From NCBI GenBank assembly GCA_053919585.1, contig CM132819.1: a stretch of 64,000 bases of DNA; one strand, 5' to 3'. Positions within the stretch are counted from its first letter, which is position 1, and the number at the start of each line of letters is the position of its first letter. Source of the DNA: Euprymna scolopes (lineage: Eukaryota). The notes beneath the pieces were generated by a model. The model did no database searches and was not told where the DNA came from. It saw only the letters and a list, made by a program, of their open reading frames with translations. The translations under genes and the position numbers were made by a program. Shown here piece by piece: positions 25,047 through 37,473 of the stretch.

Positions 25047-26132
25047 ATGCAATATGGTTTCCGTTTTGGCAGATCGACAGCAGATATGCTAACGGTTATA
25101 TCTTATAGGATTCGTGAATATCTTGAAAAAGGCTTCCTTTCTAGGGGAATTGCTCTTGACATATCAAAGGCCTTCGATAAGGTATGGCATAAGGGCCTAC
25201 TTCACAAGATTTCCAGCTACGGTATAACTGGAAATGTTTTCTAAATCATTAAATATTTTTTCTCTGATAGGCTAATCAGAGAAATGGTTGATGGGCAAAA
25301 ATCAGAGGGCCTCAGTATTAGTGCTGGAGTCCCTCACAGGTCCATTCTGGGGCCAACTATCTTCCTACTCTACATCAATTATCTCTCAAAACACATACTT
25401 AAACCATTCATTGACATATATGCTGATGACAGGACCATCTATGCCAACACATCAAAGGCCGTAAATGGCAAAGTTCTTTCTGATTCTCTCTCCTCTTATC
25501 TCGATAGCGTGGTACAGTGGGGAAAAATGGCAGGAGCCTTCTACCGCTCCCAGAAGATATCTCACTACCTATATAAAAGACAAGTACGTCCAAGGATGGA
25601 GTACTGCTGCAACATCTGGGTAGGGGCTGCTAAAAACAGCCTGCCTTGACAGAGTACAAAATAGACTTCGGGGCTTAGTTGAGGATGTCCTTTTCTCTTC
25701 CATGCTACCGCTCTGCCACAGGAGAGATGTTGCGAGCCTGTCTTTGTTTTATCGTTACTTTCATGGCAAGTGCTCGTGTGAGCTCTTATATCTGTCCCCC
25801 TCGCCAATCTTTCACGATAAACACCCATCTAGCTGAGACCACTGTCAAAAATTTTCCCAACTCTATATCTGCGCCAAAACCAAAACGTAGATTCCATGAA
25901 CAAAGCTTCTTTCTTCGAAGTGCACGCCTGTGGAACTCTCTTCCGTTTGCCTGTTTCCCACCTGGCTACAAGCTGGATGTATTTAAGTCCAACATAAACA
26001 AATTCCTGATGAAGCGCCCCCTTAAGTAAGACACCTTATCAAATCTCTAATACTCACGTACTGTACACACAATAACCATTATCCCCGAGTGGCTTACAGA
26101 CCTTGATAAGTGGTGACTACCTTGTAACAAAA
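25047..26132 (+). mobile_element. CR1/L2-group LINE RT and 3' end, 5'-truncated and internally deleted
   Basis: QYGFRFGRSTAD, ALDISKAFDKVWHKGLLHK, GVPHRSILGPTIFLLYIN, YADD, RPRMEYC, SFFLRSARLWNSLP, FKSNIN. Confidence 0.93.
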
Positions 26133-26139
26133 CCTTTCT

Positions 26140-26579
26140 AATGATTGGTTTAAATATTAAACCGCGCAAGTGCGGGCAGGTATGAACTGAAACCTTTCAG
26201 TCCAAGCAAATATTTTATGCACGACGGACTCCTTTTTATCTTCTTATTTATTTCAAGCCCTTTTTGCGTACATTAATTATGGCGCCTTTAAGAAAATTTA
26301 ACTTCCAAGGTAGAAATTCCTTTTCTGATCTAATATAGTCTTTCGAATCAGCAAAGAATGCTGATTTTGGATTTACTTCTTCGACGGAATAATCCTTTGT
26401 TGTTTTATTGGAATGATTTTTTTAATGGATCCACACAAGGAACTATTGAAAATATTCACAGAAGACTTTGTATTTAAAATTTATTATTAGTATTAACTAC
26501 CAGTCAAGATAAGCGGCAAAATGATGCAAAATATTTTGCAACCGAGAAAGGATGACTGTTTTTAATCTACCAGGTAAGT
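26140..26579 (+). promoter_or_regulatory. Candidate promoter/first exon ending in a consensus splice donor
   Basis: ATTGG (26144), CpG-containing 'accgcgcaagtgcggg', ATGGCG (26279) and a perfect CAG|GTAAGT donor at 26573/26574. Confidence 0.3.
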
Positions 26580-28199
26580 ACACTTTTCGATGTTGTGTCT
26601 ATATTTGCTCTACCAGAGGTCGAAACTATGTGAGAATAAAATTCTTACACAATACACTAATGCGTAATCTTAGAATGACTTACTTTCTGTCTTCTTCATT
26701 TTTGTGCTTCGAATCACTTGTTTCGCATTTGGTCCTGCAATGCATTTATTGATGCATGAATATATATTTCGGTTCTGTTCTTCACTTAAACTAAATCTCA
26801 TCGATTTTTCTTATTTACTGTATTCTCTTTCATATATTTTTCGTATTTTAAAGACAAGAATCTATATGTATGCATTTCTAATAATTATTCTTTCTCTATG
26901 TAAGCCAATTTCCCCAGGTATCTTCACCTTTGGGAATATTAGAAGTAAAACTATTGATTCAAAGATTAACACCAGGAAATTATCTAGCATATGTTAGAAA
27001 TATTTGTCTGTTTCGATTCGCTTGCCACGTATTACTCGCTATTTTAAATTTAATAACGTAGAGTTGATGGTTGGCCAAGTTGAACGAAATTTAATAGAGA
27101 ATTCTGGAGTTTTATCATCTTCTGGATGGTTTGGTTATTTTCGATTTTTTTTCTTTTCATATTCCCAGTGTAAAATTGTTATTCTAATATTATTTCCGAC
27201 CCTTATAAAGTACAATTGTGCAAAACGTAATAAGATTTAAATAGGAGAATTCTTAGTCTTGATTATTAGGACACCATTCAATCAAAGTGATTCATACATA
27301 TATGCATATAATCTGTGTTACAAATGGTTTAAGTAGGCGAAACATGCTGGTCATTGTCTTGTCCCGGTATATTTGTCAAATAAAACTATTAATTACGAAA
27401 TGAAGATTTATTGCTTTGGTGTGGTGCTATTTTTCCCAGTATGATTCCTCGATTATTTCATTGTTGGTATACTTTTCTTCAAACCATAAATACATCATTT
27501 CTATAAACAGCTTCCGATTTTGGTTGTTTCACGTGTAAATTGTCCATGTACACAGCTTTGCTGAAAAGACTGAATAATGTAAACACTCGATTGTTTCTTT
27601 CGCATCCACTTGTATTTTTACTACTCAATAAATGCATACAATTTTTTTTTAAACTTTCAAGTAAGTCCAGCTGTTACTTCATATGGTCAAATGTGTTTGA
27701 TATTTTTACGTTCCGAATATACTGTTCGGTGTCTTTCGTTGTGTTTTTTTTCTGTTTTATGAAATACTTTCAGCATTTATTGACTCAGCTCTTTAAATTA
27801 TAAATGGATTCAAACCCGCAACTTACATCCATTCTAGATTTACTTTCGTATTAATATATGAAATCATATTTAATATGTAATGCATCATATCACTGGCATT
27901 TATAAGAGTTTGTGTTTTAGAATCAATAATAAATAGTAAATTCGATAATTGATCACATTTTATTACAACAAAGCGAAACTAGAAAATTATACTGTTATAG
28001 CCATGTTAAAAGGTTACAAAGAAAACCAGAATGTCAAAATAAAGTAATAGCATGCACTGCAAAGCATACACTGGTGGTTCGCCGGACGTAGCCGAAAAAA
28101 AACGACCAGGGTTGATCCACCGCATGTCGAATGACACCTTACGACTTATTTTTCTGGTATTACTTAAGATTGGAATGGAATAATAATAGGAAACATAAG

Positions 28200-28844
28200 T
28201 TAGTGAATATACAACACCCCCTTCCAAGCTGATAACTCCCAAAGATGTATATGTATTTTCCTCTTCAGGTGGGCAATAAATGCCTCGGTGATTTTCCATT
28301 TCCTGGCCAATTATCGCGCATCTGGTGTGATCTGGGAAGTCTCGACGTCAAACGTAACGTAAACGGTCTCAAGGGCATCTACTTCTTTTTGGGGCAACTC
28401 TTCGTGGTCCTCAGGAAACGTTTGTGTATTTGGTCCGCTTGCATTTCTCGTGTTACTTTTAGTCCCTGGATTATATAGATCAACTTTCCTATACTTTGTG
28501 TCATTTTCCTAGTTTCCAAAACGAAACGCTATTTTAAAAATGCTTTAAATACACTCGCCCTGAGTCTGTATCTTCTACTGGTACTATACATGTTCTCCTA
28601 TGTGTTGTTATTCTTGTTAAAAACGTCTTCAATACTGAACGATTTAACGGCCAAACATAACACTCGTTAATCATTTTCCTGCCGAGGTGTAAGGATTTTC
28701 TTTCACCCTGTATACTTGAATAAACTGCTGTAAAGCCTTTTTCCGTTAGTGCCCCAAAATCCTTCATCAGTACCCTTTTTCAATAAGACCGCTTGGACCT
28801 TACTTCTCGAATGATAGTTTGAGATTGTAAAATGTTTTATCTAA

Positions 28845-28915
<71 letters not shown>

Positions 28916-29267
28916 GAATAACGATAATAACAATAATAACAATGTCAAAAATCAAAATTGGATTTGTTAAAAATATCACGTCAACTGATAGTTGAGCTTT
29001 ACTATTAATGTCTGGTTTAAAATTTTTACTCCCCTTCGCCCCTAATTTTAAACTTTATCTTTGCGCCTTATCACCTTTCAATGTCTTTTAAAACCTGGCT
29101 GCTGCTGGTATCTGATTGCAGTTTTTTTTCTTTTTTTTTACCTTTTACTGCTTTTTCTCATATCTCTTTTGTGTTAATCATAATAATCATTTCTGTAAAG
29201 TGTTATTAAGTTATCGGATCCTTGATAAGGTTCTGTAATGGAAACATGTATAATTAAGCAGATAATC

Positions 29268-29270
<3 letters not shown>
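28200..29270 (-). mobile_element. R4/Dong-like RLE retrotransposon fragments interleaved with (TAA)n
   Basis: EEENTYTSLGV (cf. ETYKYLGIL), RTCIVP and QIHKRFLRT (cf. TIQTTALLRTA); flanked by (TAA)n at 28845-28943 and 29271-29335. Confidence 0.4.
28845..28943. repeat. (TAA)n microsatellite
   Basis: Direct observation; a second tract lies at 29271-29335. Confidence 0.98.
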
Positions 29271-29335
<65 letters not shown>

Positions 29336-29606
29336 TATGTTTAATATGTTTCAAAATATATATGTAACACTGTTTCTGTGTCATCACATACGTTACAATT
29401 CCACATCTAAATAGGTCTCAGTATGAAAGAGAACTTGATTTTGTAAAATGATTTCTGTGTGATTTTGTGCACGTAGAATAATGCACAGTAATGTTTGAAA
29501 ATAAAATACACATTTATTTATTCTAACATATAATGACTATACATCATACATACATCTTACCTTACACATATATAAGTTCGATTTTCACACACCCATACAT
29601 ACACAC

Positions 29607-29640
<34 letters not shown>

Positions 29641-29710
29641 TTATATATATATTCAATGCTATGTATTACATCTTACTATAAACAACTTCACGCTGTCTGT
29701 ATTTATTTAC

Positions 29711-30006
29711 TTTTTTTAAATGGTGTAATTTTTTCAGTAGGCTTAATCGTCTTTCATAGAATAAACATGTGGCTTTAACGGAAGCCATTGCCTGAAGAAC
29801 AGACGTGACTTTCGCAGGAAACAAGATCAGGAGGTATGAGCATTTTTGATCTGTCATCTATTAAAGAGATAACGCATATTCTTTTTGAATATATTTAAAA
29901 ATCAATGAAAGTTGGCGAAAATAGTAAACCACTGTTGATGTGTTATAGGTTGTTGTAATTTCGCCAGAATATACTTACGTCCTCATGGAAACCTTAGCAC
30001 CTTATA
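29711..30006 (-). other. Two candidate spliced exons (29979-30006 and 29711-29857) of an unidentified transcript
   Basis: T-rich acceptor ending TTTTTAG| 28 nt |GTAAGT, a 121-nt intron, then TCTCTTTAATAG|ATGACAG... |GTAAAT. Confidence 0.35.
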
Positions 30007-32839
30007 CTAAAAAAAATATTATAGAAAAAAAAACATAATGTGATAAAAACTGGCATATATGTCTGAACGACCGATATATTTATTTTTATTCATTCCTTTT
30101 ATGAAATTTAGAATCAGTATTTAATTCTATCAAATTTTATCAACAAACGCTTCTACGATTTTTATGAAATCATTTTACTTACTTCCCTCTGAAAAAATAT
30201 TTCGCGTTGCATTACTATTTACGTATTTGGTTTTCTAGGGGAGATGACATACCCAAAAACTTTTTGGAAATCTTAAAAAAAACTAAGATATAGAAATTAG
30301 TTGCAAAGTATCTTTAATACCTTATTTCAAAGTTTCTCAAAATACTCTCCTATACCCGCTTCTACTTGTATGTGTGTATAATTTTCTTTCACTGTACAGA
30401 TGTATCACATTTTGCAGCTGCCTTGGCAATATCTGCGGTGTATTTTTTCCAGGTTTGAACGATTCATTTTAATGTCGACTTTTAAAAGTTATGACTAGCA
30501 GTGGTAAAGAATACTTATTGTAATTCTTGCTGGAAATAAACTTTGTTCTTGTAGTAGAAACAATTACCACCAATTTAAGGAACATACTTGCATATATTAA
30601 GATTATTTCCTAAATTTTAAGTATATGTGTGATGAAACAATTAGGATATATCAGTGTGTAGAATTATGAGTATCATTTCAGTAAGCGACAGAACTAACAA
30701 TTTCATTCTTTGCTGGTAACTATATATTTTATTGATAATTTGGTTGAATTTTAAAGTATGCCACTACAGTGTACTATTAGCGTAGCTACGTTACTAAACA
30801 AGTTGCCCTAATCAATTTTTTTCTGCTGCATGTTCGTAAATGTGCTTTCTGTGACAGATGCTTATCCACTTCATTTTTACACTGTGATTATATGCGAAGG
30901 TTTATTTATTTGACTCAACACCCTAACTATTCATTCACGAAAACCAAGCTTATTTTATGTTATATTCTAAGTAGAGACTATGGCTAATTAAACGACATTT
31001 TATTTCCTTATTGTTTTCGTTTATCATATCAATATGAACTTCGTTCAGCCCTCGATATGATGGAGTGTAAAAATATTTTTATTATATATAATGTTTATTG
31101 TTTATGTCCAAAAATCCAATACGCAAAGTTTAGACGCCAGAAGCGGACTCGGTTTACCTAAATGTGGAATAGAATAATTAAGCAGGAAAAGAAAAAAAAA
31201 TGACATCATATTGAACCGCTTTTTTGTTTTGTCAATAAAACAATTTAAAAAACTTTATTATTTACATTTCTGTAAATATGTTTTTTTCATACTCAAATAT
31301 ATTCATATGGAAATGTGTTATTAAAAAAAAGTAATGCATTATTTATGACAAATTTCTTATAGTTCCTTTTAAGAAATATTTTATACAAATGTTTACAATG
31401 TGTTTTTATACATAGACAAGAAGTATTAATAAACATATTTCATACATTATTTATGACGAAATTCCGTGATAAAACTCATGATAAACATGAATATATTACT
31501 TAAAAACGACTCCATTTATAAACATGTAAATAATAAATAATCTTATTAGTTTTTTGAGATTACATAAAAGTATTAATAGAAATATAAAATATGAAGGTTT
31601 ATTAATTTTAATTGCTTCAGGATAGCACAAAAATAAAAAATAATATTTGGAATTAATTATTTTCAAATAATTTTGTAATTATTTTCATGTTTACTGAATT
31701 CCATTACATGTTTAATCTGTACTGTTTTTTAAGAAACACTTATTACATATTTACAATAAAATAATGTGCATCACTAATTAATGCAAGAAGGATTAGAATT
31801 AAAAATACCACAATAAATACTACCGTCATATAGTGCCATAGCATTATATAAACATGTAATTTTAACCAATATGAAAACATTCAATACAACATTATATAAG
31901 AACGCTAATTACATAATAAGACTGAACACATAATTATTAATTTATGGATTAACACTCAGCGAATATGCCATTCACCAGCATAGCACTATTTTACAATGTA
32001 TAACAAAATCAAGCTGCAAAGAGCTGCGGCAATTCATCTTTCAGCGATATACATTGCATCTAAAACTACTTGAAGATAGTGAGAAAACAACATAAACAAT
32101 GAAGATGATGATAACAGTCACCTAATAGACGAAAACATATTTGCAGAATGCTATTGAATTGTTCTCTTGACGACGTTCCTTTAGCATAAACAGAACCAAA
32201 ATTCTTGATAGTTCTAGTTCCTGTCATCATTTGTGCAGTGGCCATTCCACCTTTATAGCTCATTTGTACGTTTCTATTATTATCGAGCTGACAATTATGA
32301 AAATAAATTAAGCCAGATGCAATTGCACACATTTTAATTTGAAATGATTATAAAAGAGAACAACGTAGCTAAACACATAAGGAGAGAATTATCAACTAAA
32401 TAGTTTATTCATTGCTATAAATTAAAAAAAACGTTCGAATTTTTCTTTATCATAATTTTGATTTTAATTAACAGTTGGACAAATGGCTCATCAATTTTTT
32501 AATTTAACCCTTTTAAATGATTAGTAATGGAATTACTATGAATGAAAAAGCGTATTACTTTATAAACCTACCCGAGGCTAAAGATTTGTATTAAAAAAAT
32601 AAACCATCGCTTTTTCAAATATGCCAATGGAAGCACATTTTTGACAAACTTCCTATTTTAGTATATCGAATTTTCATGTGTCGCTAGCCGTTACATACAG
32701 AAAAAAAGTACATACCTAGTAAGCTATGTATTCACTTATTATTAAAGCAATAATCTATATATTTACGTCTTGGAAACAGTTTAACTTAGAAAATAAATTA
32801 AAATACTGTATATTTAGCAATACACACACCCACACACAC

Positions 32840-32871
<32 letters not shown>

Positions 32872-33629
32872 ATGTGTGTGTGTTTGTGTGTCTGTTGCAA
32901 GTCGTGAGAAGTCAGCAAAATTGTGAAATTAAGTACATAACTACGAATCACTATTCCAAGCATTTCATATCTATGAGCAAAATACACATACTAGAATTGA
33001 ACCAACATGATTATCTAATCCCGACAACTGGCATTCATATTATCAGCTATAAAAGAAGTAAAACGCAGTTTAGATAGCAAAAACAAATAGCAAAAACGAG
33101 TGTTTTTGAAAGATCAAAACTGGATTCTAGAATACAGTAGAATAATAAAACAAAATAGAAGAGCTTACATATACTAAGGCGAAAAGCATTGGAGAAAATA
33201 AGTATTATAATATCTGCTCAAAATACACACACAGAATAAAAGGATTCATTAAAATTTATATTTCAAGAGAAAATTCAAAAAATTTTATTGCTCACTCAAT
33301 GGAAAATTGTATTTAAGCGAATTTATACACAAGTAAGATTGAAATTGTTGCACTCCTGTTTTTGTATTTTGATTTGTTGTTATTAATGATGCAGAGTTAA
33401 AGCGCCATATTGCCCGATAAAAAAATGTTCTAACACTGTCTCTTGTTTATAATCAATATTGTAGTAACACACACACATGAAAGCTGAAAAAACCCATTTT
33501 TGAAACCACAATTTTTCCGAAACCCTGTATGTCCACCACATTGTTTTTCAGATAATGAAAAGGAAATTTTGTCACAAGTTGCCCCAACCGCGCTGATGCT
33601 GGGCCGGGTTGCCCCGCTTCTTTACTGTG

Positions 33630-33689
<60 letters not shown>

Positions 33690-33927
33690 TATATATAATT
33701 ACTAGTTGACACGTGTTCTGTGTTTTACGATTCAGCAGAGTTGCTGAATTCAACGAAACCCGTGTCAGTCGATAATTATATTTTAAAAATAATACATGTG
33801 CCTCTACCTATTTTGAGGTATCAAACTTGGTCAAATGGAAAGTTATTCCTAACTTGCATTTATCTAAAAAGGTATTTTAGTAAAAGTCATTTCAAAACAA
33901 GTATCGCAAAAACAAAAACAAATAACA

Positions 33928-33980
<53 letters not shown>
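33630..33980. repeat. (TA)n microsatellites (33630-33683, 33931-33980)
   Basis: Direct observation; other (TA)n tracts at about 9448, 17600, 37441, 41405, 58209, 60153 and 60385, and (GA)n at 60722-60760. Confidence 0.98.
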
Positions 33981-33982
<2 letters not shown>

Positions 33983-34319
33983 TGAACAGTGTTGGGGGTA
34001 GTACGTACCCTTGTTTGGTGACGTGGTTTACTTTCAAGAGATCGCTTTCTAGGTTCCCTACTACAACTCCAGCTTTTGTTTCTTTCGTTTAATTCTTTTA
34101 TAATTCCCACGGAGTTGTCGGCGAATTCGAACACTTTAAGGACGTTCTACGGCATATTTCGGTCAACAATATCCAATAATTTGCGAAACTATGTAGAGAT
34201 TTCTGTACTATTTAATGGCTTTTTCTTAGATTTGCTGAAGGCTGAATATAATAACTATTGAAAATCTTTCACTCGCCACCTAATTTCTGAAAGCCGTCTT
34301 AATACTGATTCATAAAAAC

Positions 34320-34586
34320 ATTGAGGAAGGTGTCTTCATCCACAGGCGTTCCGACGGGACATTTTTCAGCCTTGCAAGATTGAAGGCCAAGATCAAGACC
34401 AGGAAAGAGGTGGTAACGGAACTGCCGTTCGCCGACGATACTGATCTGTAGCTAACAATCAAGCTCAGGTGCAAAGTATAGTTGATACATTCTCTCAAAA
34501 AGCCAGGAATATCGGCTTACAAATCAACATAGGGAATACAGAAGCGGTGTATTAGCTCGCACCAGAAAACAACGATCCCTAAGTGC

Positions 34587-34654
<68 letters not shown>

Positions 34655-35445
34655 GGCGAGGTGCTAAAAGTTGTTGAAAACTTTAAATGTCTTAGAAGCA
34701 CACTAAGCACTGACAACTGTGCTGACAACGAAATAAGCTGCCGAAACCAAAGTGCATGTGCCTCCTTTGATACGCTAGAAAGCGGCCCTGTATATGGAAT
34801 GGTATCCGGGTTGACACAAAGTGCAGAGTCTACAAAACCGTCGTCCTGTCAGTCTTGCTATAATCAGTAGAGATCTACACTTTGTAGGGAGAACACTCAA
34901 GGAGATTGGAAACCGTCCAGCAGATACACATGAGAAGGGTCATGAAGATCAAATGGAATAATTACGTATCGAACGATGAAGATCTCAGGAAACAAAACCT
35001 AGACAACGTGGAAGTTACTGTTGCTACTATGCAACTTCGATGGAGCGGTCATATTTAGAGAAAGGAAGAAAACCGAATCCCAAATATTATCTTCTACGGG
35101 TAACTGAAGTAAAGTGGAACCAGCAAGGTTGGAGTTAGAAGGTTCGCTACAAAGATGTTACTAAGCGGCACTTAAAGGCGACGAACATTAATGTCGATAG
35201 ATAGGAGGAACAAGCTAAAGAAAGGAGACTCTTGGGGAACCACCTGCATAAATGAAAGAAAGAATTAGAGAGAAAGATTGAAGAAACCTTAGAGCTGAAA
35301 CATTATCGACGACATAGCCCCGGAACCCACATATGAAGTGCTTGTGACCGAAAGTTTCACACAGAAAGCGGACTGCATCAATCTCGAAGGATAAAGTCCC
35401 GAGTCTGGACAAGTAATGATCAAGACTGGCGGACTGCATGATGAT
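34320..35445 (+). mobile_element. RTE-clade (BovB-like) LINE 3' fragment
   Basis: EEGVFIHRRSDGTFFSLARLKAKIKTRKEVVTELPFADD, GLQINIGNTE, NGEVLKVVENFKCLRSTLS, QLRWSGHI, RIPNIIFYG, RYKDVTKRHLK; short ATG-repeat tail. Confidence 0.92.
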
Positions 35446-37437
35446 TATATATATGTGTGTGTGTATGTGTCTGTCTGTGTGTCTGTCTGTATGTGTGTGT
35501 GTACAGGTATATATATATATATATATATGTATTTATTGGGGGTGTCTGTGTGTGTATGAGTGTGCCTTGATATTTATGATGTTTACATGTGTGTGTTTAT
35601 TTACGTCGATGAGATAAAATAAGTAAAACGAGCTGATGAAACATTTAAATCTAGTCGGAGCTACGTTTGATGCAGTTGATAGGCGTTAAGTAATCTTATT
35701 GAAAATCAATGTTGTGATAAATCAATATGATATTATAGATTCCACTTAATGATTTTTTTAATAAAATGAAAGATTCAAAACATCAGATAGCGGCACATTT
35801 AACATCGAACTCCTTTTAAGCATCTGTGTCGTGATAAAAAGGAAAGTTATCGAACATTTAAATCGAATAAGTGTTTTTCACTTATTTAATGCTTCTGAAG
35901 AAAATATTGTACATTTTTATATCCGTGTTTTAAGCTGAGGATTAAGAATGTTTATAATTAAAATTATTTGAGCTCTTAGTTCTGAATTAACTGTTATTCG
36001 CACATTTTCGCGTGATTGAACTTCCGATATACTTTACGTCAACCTTATCAAACTCAATAAATGTTACTGGAAAGAAACGGTGCATAGGGTTTTACCTAAA
36101 TTTGATTGTTGAATACATGTTTTCATACACCATTTAATTGTTTACTTTCGCTCTATTTTTCATTAACCGGCGGGACGAAATAGATTTATACCATCCTGGA
36201 ATATACAAAGGTGACTTTCTCCATAGTCCTTATTTCAATGATTATCGTCGCCTACCTATCATCAGATTCTATCTGGAATGTGCATTGCAATTGCTTTACT
36301 GTACCAAAATATTTTTTTAAAATTAAATTGTGACAAATTTATGAAACAATATAGACGAAACATCTTCGTACATAGTAAACATGCTCCGGGTTTTCAGATT
36401 TAATCTAAACACATACAAAATTAAACACGGATAACTATATTTCCTGTTTATTACCGCATTATGAAAGTTCTTCTTTAGTCAGACATGGTAGCATTAACTG
36501 TATCTGCCAATATTGCTAATTAAACATTACGGGTTTAAAAAGCGCCATATTCAACGGAATATTTGTTAAAACTTCATCAGTTTCACCTGTCGATCATTTG
36601 GAATTCATTTTAACAATACATTTTCAATCCTATTTCTATTATTTCCCATCTGATTGAAATTGTATAGGATTTAGATTAACTTGGAAATGCTTATCTAACG
36701 CAAGCACTAAAACGACATTCCTGATAGTGCATGCCACCTAGCAAGATGACCTCATGTTTGTGAGAAAGTGATAGTCATGCTAATACTAAATAGCATAAAT
36801 CAATAGAAATATGTGTACAACTGTAAATAATTTACATGTTTTTTTCGCGTATTTTGCTTCAAATTAAAATTTACAATTATGTATAAAGATTATGTATTTT
36901 ATATAGGCTTTAATATCTGTCTCAATAGATGCTGGACTTCAATAAAACTGTATAGTAAATGCCCCTTTTTATGGAAACAGATTATTATGATATATTAACA
37001 TTTAGGAGGAATAACTCTTTGAATATAAAATTGAAGTACTACACATCACATATATTTTCACGAAGTAAATATTATACTTAAATTCTAAAAAGCATAATTG
37101 TAAGTGTTTAATTTGTATCCTGATATTAATTTCAAAAGAATAACTTAAATCTGATTGACTACATATTTTTAACAATATATACAAAATTAATTTATGTTTA
37201 ATCTTTTGGAACATATTTTCAATTATGTTTTACTGCTCTTATTTATAGTTGAGAATTTAACGTGTGTGTATTGTGATGTTTCAGATGTCGTCATTTCTTC
37301 GCTCATTGTGTTAGTATTTACAATGTTTAATTGACATAAGATTCTAATTCAATTTGAAATATTTACTTCATCGTAACACGACACGATCTATCGGATCATA
37401 GGAATTTACGAGGAAAAGTTCAAAATAAAACATTAGA

Positions 37438-37473
<36 letters not shown>

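Noticed and set aside
27310-27420. Possible Penelope pLTR hammerhead (…taggcGAAACatgctgGTC…aataaa)
   Set aside because: The CUGANGA box and stem I are not present; too degenerate to support.
33981-34310. Possible PLE N-terminal fragment upstream of the RTE piece
   Set aside because: No diagnostic motif could be read.
36230-36240. In-frame TGA as selenocysteine in a Cys-like position
   Set aside because: The frame is reachable only by a frameshift and no SECIS element was identified.
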